A stretch of 58,660 nucleotides of DNA from an uncultured Rhodobacterales bacterium (lineage in GTDB: Bacteria > Pseudomonadota > Alphaproteobacteria > Rhodobacterales > Rhodobacteraceae): the NCBI GenBank assembly GCA_964638245.1, contig CAZWZG010000002.1, positions 15,492 through 74,151 on the forward strand. The letters are read 5' to 3'. Below, piece by piece: positions 28,144-37,230 of this stretch. Both the position numbers and the translations under genes were made by a program. How positions within the stretch are numbered: the stretch's first letter is position 1; the number at the start of each line of letters is the position of its first letter. Below the pieces are notes generated by a model. It made no database searches and had not been told where the DNA came from. It was given only the letters and a program-made list of their open reading frames with translations.

Positions 28144-29703
28144 ATGAAACATCACCTGACAATGGTCGCCGTCGCGGCCATGCTGACGAGCCCGGCGCTC
28201 GCAGAAGAATTCCGCTGGGCGGGAACGACCGATCCGCAAACCATGGACCCCCATGCCGTCAACTCGGCACCGGTCCTTGGTTTTCTGAACAACGTTTACG
28301 AAGGTCTTGTCCGCCGCGGCAAAGACATGGCGATTGAGCCTGCGCTTGCGACCTCCTGGGAACCGATTGGCGAAGGCGAAGGCTGGCGCTTCAACTTGCG
28401 TCAGGGCGTGACGTTCCATGACGGATCCGAGTTCAACGCCGACGACGTGCTGTTCTCGTATCAGCGCGCATCCAACGAAGTGGCCGACGTACGCTCGTGG
28501 TTCGCGCCAGTATCGGGTGTTGTGAAGGTTGATGATTTCACGGTCGACATTCTGACGTCCGCTCCGAACCCGATCTTTCCAGACAGCATCGCCAACTGGA
28601 TGATCATGGATAGCGGTTGGGCCGAGGCCAACAACGCCATTTTGCCCGACAAAGAAGCCGGCAACTATGCAACGCTGAACGCAAATGGCACCGGCGCCTT
28701 CATGGTCACCACGCGTGAACCCGGTTTGCGCACGGTTCTGGAACCCTTCGGTGGTTGGTGGGGCGATGCAGAGCACAACATCACACGTGCCGAATTCACG
28801 CCAATTCAGAACTCGGCCACGGCAGTCGCGGCGCTGCTTTCCGGCGAAATCGATATGATCAACCCTGTACCAATTCAGGACGCCGCGCGTCTTTCGGGGC
28901 AGGATGGCGTTCAGGTCTATCAAGGCATTGAAGCTCGGGTGATCATGCTTGGCTTTGCCCATCAGGCAGAAACACTCAAGTACGGCTCAAGCGCGGGCGA
29001 ACCCAACCCGTTCAAGGACAGCCGGGTCCGCGAAGCTGTGGCCAAGGCCGTGAACGTTCCGGCGATCCTGCAGACGATCATGCGCGGCAACGCTGAGCCC
29101 GCATCGCAGCTGGTTAGCCCTGCCATGCGCGGGTTCTCGGACGCGGCTGACATGCGCCCTGACTTCGACCTCGATGAAGCCAAGCGCCTGATGGAAGAAG
29201 CCGGTTATCCCGATGGCTTCGGGTTCGGCCTGATGTGCCCAAATGACCGCTACTTGAATGACGAAGCGGTCTGTCAGGCGGTCGTGTCCATGTTAGCGCA
29301 GATCGGTATCCAAGCCGAGCTGAATGCCATGCCCGTGTCGAACTATTGGCCCGAACTTCGCGCTGATAACTTTGACATGTATCTCCTTGGGTGGTCACCT
29401 GGCACGTTCGATCATGAGCACCCGATCCGGTTCCTTGTTCACACGCCAATGGACAACTTGGGGACGTGGAACTTTGGCGACTACTCGAACGCTCGCGTTG
29501 ATGCGCTGCTGCCGATGATCCAGTCAGAGATCGACGATACCGCGCGTCAGGCGATGATTGATGAAGTGGCCCAGATCTACACCGGAGATCATGCCTATGT
29601 GCCGATGTACGTTCAGCCGCTGGTTTGGGGCGCGGGTGACAACATCGAGTTGACCCAGCGACCGGACAACTTCTTCATCCTGCGTTGGGTGACAGTGAAC
29701 TGA
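28144..29703 (+). CDS. ABC transporter substrate-binding protein, family 5 (paralog of 25785..27362)
   Basis: 519 aa from ATG 28144. Signal MKHHLTMVAVAAMLTSPALA. Collinear similarity to the first SBP (WRFNLRQGVTFHDGSEFNADDV versus WSFKLREGVTFHDGSAFTAEDV). Confidence 0.85.
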   Translation: MKHHLTMVAVAAMLTSPALAEEFRWAGTTDPQTMDPHAVNSAPVLGFLNNVYEGLVRRGKDMAIEPALATSWEPIGEGEGWRFNLRQGVTFHDGSEFNADDVLFSYQRASNEVADVRSWFAPVSGVVKVDDFTVDILTSAPNPIFPDSIANWMIMDSGWAEANNAILPDKEAGNYATLNANGTGAFMVTTREPGLRTVLEPFGGWWGDAEHNITRAEFTPIQNSATAVAALLSGEIDMINPVPIQDAARLSGQDGVQVYQGIEARVIMLGFAHQAETLKYGSSAGEPNPFKDSRVREAVAKAVNVPAILQTIMRGNAEPASQLVSPAMRGFSDAADMRPDFDLDEAKRLMEEAGYPDGFGFGLMCPNDRYLNDEAVCQAVVSMLAQIGIQAELNAMPVSNYWPELRADNFDMYLLGWSPGTFDHEHPIRFLVHTPMDNLGTWNFGDYSNARVDALLPMIQSEIDDTARQAMIDEVAQIYTGDHAYVPMYVQPLVWGAGDNIELTQRPDNFFILRWVTVN

Positions 29704-29718
29704 TCCGATAAGACAAAC

Positions 29719-29741
29719 GGGGGAGGGCGCGGCCCTCCCCC
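29719..29741. terminator. GC-rich hairpin between convergent genes (probable bidirectional terminator)
   Basis: gggggagggc (29719-29728) / gccctccccc (29732-29741), a 10-bp perfect stem. A T-run follows on the minus strand (gtttgtctt). Confidence 0.5.
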
Positions 29742-29776
29742 GAACCCCCTCCCGTTTCTGGCGCGCAGCCCTAGGG

Positions 29777-30130
29777 CTAGTTCAGGCGGGACTTTGCATC
29801 CTGCAGATCAATCTGCTCGAGCAATTGCACGCCGTGCCCGACAAACCTAAGCAGGTGTTCTCGGGCAAGCGCGCGTGTGGCTTCGGACGCTCCATCAGCC
29901 GTGATTTCGGCGACGTACTCGCTCAAGAGACGCGCAACCTCTTCCATTACCCGCAACGCCTGAACGGGGTCCTCGGCCATCAGAGGCGCGAGGGCGGCGT
30001 GAATGTCGGCCTCGATTTCGGCAAGGCGCTGGGTTGAGGTGTTCTGCATCAGCCATCTCTGGGGTTGAATGCGATTCTGGCCGAGTGCCCAAACCGCTTT
30101 GGAAAGGCTGAGATAAGCATTCGTTTGCAC
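29777..30130 (-). CDS. Hypothetical helical protein
   Basis: 117-codon ORF with a GTG start and no clear RBS; an internal ATG at 30049 is an alternative start. No family recognised. Confidence 0.35.
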   Translation of the reverse strand: MQTNAYLSLSKAVWALGQNRIQPQRWLMQNTSTQRLAEIEADIHAALAPLMAEDPVQALRVMEEVARLLSEYVAEITADGASEATRALAREHLLRFVGHGVQLLEQIDLQDAKSRLN

Positions 30131-30232
30131 GATAGGGAGTAGGCTTTTCCGGACCTCGTTTTTGCAATGACGTTACGGCCGCCCTCTTGATCTTTGCCTT
30201 GACCCTGACGGGGGGAGTGTCAAAGGTAAAAC

Positions 30233-31255
30233 ATGCTGTCCTTCATCCTTCGCCGCGTCATGCAATCCGCCCTCGTGCTTCTTGTGGTCGGGCTGGTGGC
30301 GTTTTCGATGTTCCGCTTTGTCGGCGATCCCATCGACAACATGCTTGGACAGGAAAGGACGCAAGCCGATATCGAGCGTTTGCGCGACCAGTTGGGCCTC
30401 GATGAACCGTTTCCGGTCCAGTACTGGAACTTCTTGAAGGGCGCGGCTCAGGGCAATTTCGGGATATCCTATCGCCAGTCCCGCCCGGTGTCCGAAATTC
30501 TTGCGGAGCGCGCACCAGCGACGCTTGAATTGGCGTTCGTGTCGGGAATTTTTGCTTTTGTCGTCGGGATCGGGCTTGGCGTTTACACGGCGATCCGACG
30601 AGACGGCTGGTTATCCAATACGATCATGACAGTTTCGTTGATTGGCGTTTCCCTGCCGACATTCCTGATTGGTATCTTGCTGATCTACATTTTCGGCGTT
30701 GGCATAATGATCAGGATTCCCTGGACGGAAATTGCGTTCAGTACAAAGTTCCTTCCAACGTTCGGTCGGGGCGAAGTCGTCGATCTGGGCTGGTGGACAA
30801 CCGGATTTTTGACGGCCAGCGGGTTGAAGGCACTGATCCTGCCGTCGATCACGTTGGGTCTCTACCAAATGACGCTGATCATGCGCCTCGTGCGCGCCGA
30901 GATGCTCGAAGTGCTCCGGCAGGACTATATCCGGTTTGCCCGAGCGCGCGGTTTGCGCGAGCGCGTGGTGAACTTCCGCCATGCGCTAAAGAACACGATG
31001 GTCCCGGTGATCACGGTGGTTGGCCTGCAGCTTGGGTCGATCATCGCTTTTGCCATCATCACCGAGACCGTTTTCCAATGGCCCGGAGTTGGCCTGTTGT
31101 TCATCAACGCGATCCAGTTCGTGGATATCCCGGTGATGGCGGCCTACCTGATGCTGATCTCGGTGGTGGTTGTCGGCATCAACCTGATCGTTGACCTTCT
31201 TTCTTTCGCAATCGAACCGAGGCTCCGCAATGACTCGTGCACCGATCGAAGCTGA
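30233..31255 (+). CDS. ABC transporter permease (DppB/OppB-like)
   Basis: 340 aa. N-terminus MLSFILRRVMQSALVLLVVGLVAF and an EAA-loop region DYIRFARARGL. Confidence 0.9.
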   Translation: MLSFILRRVMQSALVLLVVGLVAFSMFRFVGDPIDNMLGQERTQADIERLRDQLGLDEPFPVQYWNFLKGAAQGNFGISYRQSRPVSEILAERAPATLELAFVSGIFAFVVGIGLGVYTAIRRDGWLSNTIMTVSLIGVSLPTFLIGILLIYIFGVGIMIRIPWTEIAFSTKFLPTFGRGEVVDLGWWTTGFLTASGLKALILPSITLGLYQMTLIMRLVRAEMLEVLRQDYIRFARARGLRERVVNFRHALKNTMVPVITVVGLQLGSIIAFAIITETVFQWPGVGLLFINAIQFVDIPVMAAYLMLISVVVVGINLIVDLLSFAIEPRLRNDSCTDRS

Positions 31256-32195
31256 AGTGAAGGCCGCCGAGGCGCGTGCGCCGGGCGCTTTTGCACGGTT
31301 CTGGGATAGCGATTTTGCGTGGAAGTTTCGTCATTCTCCCATTGCGATCATCAGTTTCACCGTCACAGCCGTGTTGATCCTTTCTGCCGTGTTCGCCCCA
31401 CTCGTGGCGCCCTACGACCCATTCAATCCCGCCAGCCTGAACCTGATGAACGGCTTCACCCCTCCGGGGGAGGCGAATGCCTTTACCGGTGATGAGTTCT
31501 GGCTCGGCACCGATGACCAGGGCCGGGATGTGTTTTCGACGATCCTGTATGGGATGCGAATATCGCTTTTCGTGGGCTTTGCGGCGGTGTTGTTTGCGAT
31601 GGTCCTTGGCGTCACGCTGGGGCTGATTTCGGGCTATGTCGGCGGTTGGACCGAGACGATCATCATGCGCATTGCGGATGTTCAGCTGACGTTCCCATCG
31701 ATCCTTGTGGCGATGCTGATCTTCGGGATCGCAAAAGGGTTCACGCCGGTCGAGTACCGCGATCAGATGGCGATCTGGGTTTTGATCTTTGCGATTGGCC
31801 TGTCGGATTGGGTGCAATTCGCGCGCGTCGTCCGGGGGGCGACTTTGGTCGAAAAAGGCAAGGAATACGTGCAGGCCGCGCAGCTCATCGGGCGATCGCC
31901 GTTTGCAATCATGCTGCGGCATATCCTGCCCAACGTGCTTTCGCCTGTACTTGTCATCGCCACGATTAGCCTGGCCCTTGCAATCATAGCAGAAGCCACG
32001 CTGTCCTTCCTTGGTGTTGGCGCGCCCCCGACGCAGCCGTCGCTGGGCACACTTATTCGCATCGGCCAGCAGTTCCTGTTCTCGGGTGAGTGGTGGATCC
32101 TGTTCTTCCCGGCCTGCACGCTTTTGACTCTCGCGCTTGCGGTGAACCTGCTTGGGGACTGGCTCCGCGATGCCTTGAACCCGCGCTTGAACTAA
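31230..32195 (+). CDS. ABC transporter permease (DppC/OppC-like)
   Basis: 321 aa from ATG 31230, overlapping the upstream permease. WLGTDDQGRDVFSTILYG and EYVQAAQLIGRSPFAIMLRHILPN. Confidence 0.9.
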   Translation: MTRAPIEAEVKAAEARAPGAFARFWDSDFAWKFRHSPIAIISFTVTAVLILSAVFAPLVAPYDPFNPASLNLMNGFTPPGEANAFTGDEFWLGTDDQGRDVFSTILYGMRISLFVGFAAVLFAMVLGVTLGLISGYVGGWTETIIMRIADVQLTFPSILVAMLIFGIAKGFTPVEYRDQMAIWVLIFAIGLSDWVQFARVVRGATLVEKGKEYVQAAQLIGRSPFAIMLRHILPNVLSPVLVIATISLALAIIAEATLSFLGVGAPPTQPSLGTLIRIGQQFLFSGEWWILFFPACTLLTLALAVNLLGDWLRDALNPRLN

Positions 32196-32216
32196 AAGGG
32201 TCCGACCGCAAGGTCA

Positions 32217-33962
32217 TTGCCCGAAGACGACGAAAAGAGACCTGAGGGGACCGCTGTGAGCCTGCTTGAAATCGAAGACCTGAGCGTCGCGTTCTCTTCT
32301 CGAAGGGGCCTGTTCACTGCGGTCAAGAATGCGATGCTGACCGTTGAGCCCGGCGAGATCCACGGATTGGTCGGTGAGTCCGGCGCGGGAAAGTCGACCA
32401 TCGGCGCTGCGATCATGGGACTGCTTGATGGTGCCGGGCATATCTCGGGCGGGACCATTAGCCTGAAGGGCGACGCTATTTCGGGGCGTGACCGCGCCAG
32501 TATGCGCGCGCTTCGCGGCAAAACCATTTCCATGATCTTTCAGGACCCCCTGACCTCGCTCAATCCGCTTTTCACCGTCGGCGAACAGTTGATTGAAACC
32601 ATCGAGGCGCATCTTGGGTTCAGCGACGCCAAGGCGCGCGAGCGTGCGATCGAGCTTCTCGACAGGGTCGGCATCCCAAAACCCGAGTTGCGCGTGGATC
32701 AGTACCCGCACCAGTTTTCCGGGGGTATGCGGCAGCGTGTGGTCATCGCTTTGGCGCTTTGTTCAGAGCCTGACGTCATCATCGCAGATGAACCGACCAC
32801 CGCCTTGGACGTATCCATCCAGGCGCAGATCCTGGAATTGATCAAGAGCCTCGCGCGCGAGCGGAAGGTGGGCGTGATCCTGATCACCCACGACATGGGC
32901 GTCATTGCCGAAACCACGGACCGTGTGACCGTGATGTACATGGGCGAGGTCGTCGAAAGCGGAGCCACCGAGCAGGTTCTGGGCCGTCCAAACCACCCTT
33001 ACACCCAATCCCTGATCGCGGCGGTGCCGCGCCCGGATGTCAAGCTGAGGCGGTTCCCACAAATCAGTTACGGCGGGCGCGATACGACCTTCAAGATCGA
33101 GGATCTGGCCCGGGATTGGCCGGCGCAGCCGCATACCGAAGGATCTTTGGTCGAGGCGCACAATCTCAAGAAGGTCTTTCTTGAGCGTGGAAGCCTTTTC
33201 CCGTCTCAACGCCGCTATCTGACCGCCGTCGATGATGTGACTTTCGATATTCGCCCGGGCGAGGTTTTCGGGCTGGTCGGGGAAAGTGGTTCGGGCAAGT
33301 CGACCATCGCGCGGATGATCGCGGGTCTTTACAAGCTGGACGGGGGATCCGTGCGATTTGACGGGACCCAGGTTTCGGGGGCGGACCCTGAAACGCTCGA
33401 AGCCTACCGTCGCCAAATCCAGATGATCTTTCAGGACCCTTTTTCGTCGCTCAACCCGCGCCACCGGGTCGATCAGATCGTTGCTGAACCCGCTTTGCAC
33501 CTTGGTGCGATTCCAAAGGATGCCATCAAGCACCGCGTCGCCGAACTTCTCGATAGGGTCGGCCTAGGGGCCGATGCCGGACTGAAATACCCGCACGAGT
33601 TCTCGGGCGGTCAAAGACAGCGGATTTCGATCGCCCGTGCGTTGGCGACACAGCCTCGCTTCCTGATTTGCGACGAGCCCACCAGCGCGCTCGATGTGTC
33701 GATCCAGGCCCAGATCCTCAACATCCTGAAAGACCTGCAAGAGCATCTTGGCCTGACCATGCTTTTCATCAGCCACGACCTGCCCGTGGTGCGCCAGATG
33801 TGCGATCGCGTCGGTGTACTGCGGCGAGGTCAGTTGGTGGAGCTTGCCGAAACAGAAACTCTCTTCGCCAATCCCCAAACCGATTACACGAAAGAGCTGC
33901 TCGAACTCATGCCAAAGACCGACCGCCTTTCGCGCGAAGGCCTCAAAGAGGCGCAGGTCTGA
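32217..33962 (+). CDS. Fused double ATP-binding protein of the ABC transporter (DppD-DppF type)
   Basis: 581 aa. Two Walker A (GESGAGKST, GESGSGKST), two signature motifs (FSGGMRQR, FSGGQRQR) and two Walker B sites. Start is TTG 32217 or GTG 32256. Confidence 0.9.
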   Translation: MPEDDEKRPEGTAVSLLEIEDLSVAFSSRRGLFTAVKNAMLTVEPGEIHGLVGESGAGKSTIGAAIMGLLDGAGHISGGTISLKGDAISGRDRASMRALRGKTISMIFQDPLTSLNPLFTVGEQLIETIEAHLGFSDAKARERAIELLDRVGIPKPELRVDQYPHQFSGGMRQRVVIALALCSEPDVIIADEPTTALDVSIQAQILELIKSLARERKVGVILITHDMGVIAETTDRVTVMYMGEVVESGATEQVLGRPNHPYTQSLIAAVPRPDVKLRRFPQISYGGRDTTFKIEDLARDWPAQPHTEGSLVEAHNLKKVFLERGSLFPSQRRYLTAVDDVTFDIRPGEVFGLVGESGSGKSTIARMIAGLYKLDGGSVRFDGTQVSGADPETLEAYRRQIQMIFQDPFSSLNPRHRVDQIVAEPALHLGAIPKDAIKHRVAELLDRVGLGADAGLKYPHEFSGGQRQRISIARALATQPRFLICDEPTSALDVSIQAQILNILKDLQEHLGLTMLFISHDLPVVRQMCDRVGVLRRGQLVELAETETLFANPQTDYTKELLELMPKTDRLSREGLKEAQV

Positions 33963-33965
33963 TCC

Positions 33966-34454
33966 ATGTCCATTCTGACCTATTGTTCTGACCATCCGAT
34001 CCGCTCTTTTGCCGCTGGAGATGTCTTACTCGAAGAAGGGCGATCGGGAACCGAGTTGTACGTGCTTCTTGAGGGGAAGGTTGCCGTGATGCGCGGCTCT
34101 GTCGAGGTGGCGCGCGTGAAAGAACCCGGCGCGCTTTTCGGCGAAATGTCGGTATTGCTGCAGAGCCCCTATTCGGCAAGCGTTGTCGCAAAGTCGGATG
34201 TGCGCGCGCATCATGTGGCGGATGCGGGGACGTTTTTGTCCTCAAGCCCAGCCGTCGCGCTCCATTGCGCGCGCCTTCTGGCGCAACGGCTTCAGGATGC
34301 GACTACGTATCTTGCCGATTTCAAGGCGCAGTTTTCTGATCGAACCGATCATTTTGGAATGGTGGACGAAATTCTGGACAGCCTGATCAACCAGCAATGG
34401 GACGAAAAGGCGGGTGGAAAACAGCGCGGCGGTGCTGGTGACAGCCGGCTTTAG
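33966..34454 (+). CDS. Standalone cyclic-nucleotide-binding-domain protein
   Basis: 162 aa, starting 3 nt after the ATPase stop. FAAGDVLLEEGRSGTELYVLLEGKV...GALFGEMSVLLQSPYSASVVA is a CAP/cNMP beta-barrel with the phosphate-binding cassette. Confidence 0.75.
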   Translation: MSILTYCSDHPIRSFAAGDVLLEEGRSGTELYVLLEGKVAVMRGSVEVARVKEPGALFGEMSVLLQSPYSASVVAKSDVRAHHVADAGTFLSSSPAVALHCARLLAQRLQDATTYLADFKAQFSDRTDHFGMVDEILDSLINQQWDEKAGGKQRGGAGDSRL

Positions 34455-35311
34455 CCGGGCTTGATTGGACGGCGCATCAGCGCGTCCACGGCTTCTTTCG
34501 GCGCTAGCCCCTCATAGATCACGGCGTTCAATGCCGCGGCGATGGGAGCGTCGTTTTCCCCGACAGCTTGCAAAAGACCGCCAAGAGCGTGGAGGCCTTC
34601 GACCGTGCCGAGCGTTTTCACCGCGTCCTCAGCCGAAACGCCGCGCGCTATCATGCGGCCAAAGCGGAAGTTGCGGCTTTTTTCCGAGGTGCAGGTCAAA
34701 AAGACATCGCCGATGCCTGCTGGCGCCATCAGTGTTTCGCTTTGCCCACCAAGGGTCATCACCGCGCGGCGCAACTCTTCGATCCCGCGCACCAGAAGCG
34801 AGGCGCGCGCGTTTTCACCAAGGCCCAATTCGGTCACGGCACCCGCGGCAATCGCAAGGATGTTCTTCATTGTGCCGCACACCTGCACCCCGACGACATC
34901 TGTCGTCCAGTATAGCCGGAAACGCGTTGTGCTTAGGGTTTCGGCCAGAGCTTCGGCCAAGTCAGGGTTCGTTGCGGCAAGACTGTGGATGGTCGGCAGG
35001 CCAGACGAAAGCTCATCCGCAAAGCCGGGACCGCTCAGAACCGCAAAGGGACGATCACCCAGAAGCGTTGACGAAAAGGCCCCGGATGCCAGCATGCCCT
35101 TGGAGCAAAGGATCGGAATCGTTTCGGGACCAAACTCTAGGTTCGATAACAGCGCGGGTAATGCGGAGGTGGGAATCGCCAGAATGGCGACGCGGTGCTC
35201 GATCCATTTCGGGTGGTCCCGCCCAAAGTGAGCAATGGCCCTATCCCCATAGACATTGGCCAATGCGAATCCAAATGCACCCTTGCCGATGATCGCGAGG
35301 CGATCCGTCAT
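34451..35311 (-). CDS. Glycerol-3-phosphate dehydrogenase [NAD(P)+]-like protein (short, divergent GpsA paralog)
   Basis: 286 aa. GTMKNILAIAAG, LTCTSEKSRNFRFG and LSGPGFADE match GpsA motifs. The N-terminal Rossmann part (IIGKGAFGFALA) is shortened. Confidence 0.7.
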   Translation of the reverse strand: MTDRLAIIGKGAFGFALANVYGDRAIAHFGRDHPKWIEHRVAILAIPTSALPALLSNLEFGPETIPILCSKGMLASGAFSSTLLGDRPFAVLSGPGFADELSSGLPTIHSLAATNPDLAEALAETLSTTRFRLYWTTDVVGVQVCGTMKNILAIAAGAVTELGLGENARASLLVRGIEELRRAVMTLGGQSETLMAPAGIGDVFLTCTSEKSRNFRFGRMIARGVSAEDAVKTLGTVEGLHALGGLLQAVGENDAPIAAALNAVIYEGLAPKEAVDALMRRPIKPG

Positions 35312-36093
35312 GGGCCACCCATGCTCGCAGGCAACCAGTCAGGCAGGCCCTTCAAGGGGCGGGGCGGAGCGCTGTTTGCCAGGCTCAACTCCTCCGCGCC
35401 TTCAAAGGAAAACCACGCCGCGCGTTCCGCCTGAAGATCGAAAATGATATGCGACGGCAGATTGCCAAGTTGTCGGCCAGCGTTGAACACCCAGGTCGAT
35501 CCGATCCTCGTTGCCCAGCCACCTCCGGGGACAAACGGTGCCTCGTGGACGTGCCCGGCCAACACGACATCCGGTGAATATTCGGCGATCCAGCGAGAAA
35601 GCGCGCCATCCCCGAAAAAGCGCGCGCCCGACCACGCCACCGGGCTTTCCTCCGGAGGCGCGTGATAGGCCCAGATCCAAGGGCGAGCGCCTTTTTTGGC
35701 GTCCTGTGCCAGTTGCTCCCCGATTGCTGCCTGAGCATGTGGTCCGTCCCACCACGGGCAGGCGGTGATCAATGCGTTATCGGCGCGATAACTTTGGCCG
35801 TCGGCGATCATCCCGTCGTCGCTCAGATCCTCCAGCCAATCCGCGAACTGTTCGCCACTGCTTGCTGTTCCGGTCAGGTCGTGATTGCCCGAACAGACGA
35901 CGACCCGGGTCAGTTTGTTGAGCTTTTCAAGATACTTACGGACCACGACAATCTGTGCACGGCGATCCACGGAGGCGGACAATTCCAGAAGGTCTCCAGC
36001 GATGATGATCAGATCAAAATGCGGTGCTTCGGCCAGAAGCCAGTCAAACTGCGGCAACCCATAGTGAAGATCAGAAAGTGCCAGACAGCGCAT
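35308..36093 (-). CDS. Calcineurin-like metallophosphoesterase
   Basis: 261 aa from ATG 36093. LALSDLHYG, IIAGDLLE, CSGNHD and AGHVHE motifs. ATGA overlap with the downstream gpsA-like gene. Confidence 0.75.
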   Translation of the reverse strand: MRCLALSDLHYGLPQFDWLLAEAPHFDLIIIAGDLLELSASVDRRAQIVVVRKYLEKLNKLTRVVVCSGNHDLTGTASSGEQFADWLEDLSDDGMIADGQSYRADNALITACPWWDGPHAQAAIGEQLAQDAKKGARPWIWAYHAPPEESPVAWSGARFFGDGALSRWIAEYSPDVVLAGHVHEAPFVPGGGWATRIGSTWVFNAGRQLGNLPSHIIFDLQAERAAWFSFEGAEELSLANSAPPRPLKGLPDWLPASMGGP

Positions 36094-36157
36094 GTTTCCC
36101 CCCGGAATACCTCGGACCGTCCCCGGAAAACCGCGATGTGGCAAGGGCTAATCGGGT

Positions 36158-36427
36158 TTAGCGCATCGAGCGGATGGGGCCGCCGTCATCTTCGGGACCT
36201 TCAAGAGGCTTTCGCGCGCGTGTGGGTGTTTCCGTGCGGGTCGGTTTGCGTCGCCCAAAGAGGCGCGCCAAAAGGCGGCGGGCAATAAATTGCAGAACGA
36301 CAACGCAAACGACAAACACGAGCAGCGCTGGAAGGACCGAGCGCAATCCGATGTCAACGCAGGCATCACCCGCTCCGAAAATCAGAGCGGTCAGGATCGT
36401 CACAACCTCTGTACAGGGCTCGAACAT
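36158..36427 (-). CDS. Possible small membrane protein (hypothetical)
   Basis: 89 aa with two hydrophobic helices and a basic tail. Weak RBS. Confidence 0.35.
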   Translation of the reverse strand: MFEPCTEVVTILTALIFGAGDACVDIGLRSVLPALLVFVVCVVVLQFIARRLLARLFGRRKPTRTETPTRARKPLEGPEDDGGPIRSMR

Positions 36428-36513
36428 TGCTTTGTCCCACGTGATGTCCGGGGAACGTTTACTAGATCAACGGGGCAAAAAGATGTCGGAGCGGCGCTGG
36501 GCGTCTGCCGACC

Positions 36514-37197
36514 TTATTCGCCAAGGGCAATGCGCCGACAAAGGCGAAATCGGCCGTCTTCGCCTTCTCTGAAAAGCGATATCGCATCGATCGCAAAGGG
36601 TTCGGGTATTGCAGGCTCAAACAAGCTCTGCAGAGCCGGTAGGAGGGTTTCTCGCACGTTGGGCGCAACGGTTCCGGTCAACGTCATATGGAACCGGAAC
36701 GCGTCCATGACAAAGGGATAGCCCCATTTTAGCAGCAATTCGTCCTGTCGCGGAGACAGGCCCGCAGCGCGCCGACGAGCAAGGTCAGTTTCGGACAAAG
36801 GCGCGCGGAAGATGTCGAACTCCTCGACGATACTGGCCGCCAGCGCAGCCAGTTCCGTCGTATCGCCATCAGGCGATAGAGCCAAAAACTCCCCAAGGAC
36901 CGCGACGCTCATGCGCGGAACTTCAACTGTTTCCCTATGCGTTGCAAAGGCTTCAACCGCGGCGATGAGGTCTGCTTCCGACTTTCCCGCGGCAAGGTGA
37001 AAGGGCGCCTTCAGCGTTCCGTGAAATCCGTACTTTCGGGGCGTCGATGTGACTGCATCGATCTCGATCGGAAACTGCGGCCAGTGAGGTCGTGCGACGG
37101 GTTTTCCAAGGTCGCTGTCCCAGCCAAGCCATTGGGCGCCCAAGGTCTGTAGCGGACCCGGCGGCGGTGTGAAATAAAGAGCGTAACGGGTGGGCAT
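36514..37197 (-). CDS. DUF1045 / 2H-phosphoesterase-type phosphonate-metabolism protein
   Basis: 227 aa. MPTRYALYFTPP start and two HxT motifs (GFHGTLKAPF, FRFHMTLTG) typical of the 2H superfamily and DUF1045. Confidence 0.7.
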   Translation of the reverse strand: MPTRYALYFTPPPGPLQTLGAQWLGWDSDLGKPVARPHWPQFPIEIDAVTSTPRKYGFHGTLKAPFHLAAGKSEADLIAAVEAFATHRETVEVPRMSVAVLGEFLALSPDGDTTELAALAASIVEEFDIFRAPLSETDLARRRAAGLSPRQDELLLKWGYPFVMDAFRFHMTLTGTVAPNVRETLLPALQSLFEPAIPEPFAIDAISLFREGEDGRFRLCRRIALGE

Positions 37198-37230
37198 GAC
37201 GTGCGCGCCAAAAGAGAAACAACCAAGCCC

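Noticed and set aside
33966-34454. cNMP-binding protein as the effector of a Pycsar/CBASS-like cyclic-nucleotide defence system
   Set aside because: There is no nucleotide cyclase or CD-NTase gene nearby, and no TIR, TM, nuclease or other effector domain fused to it. The gene is embedded in a nutrient ABC importer operon.
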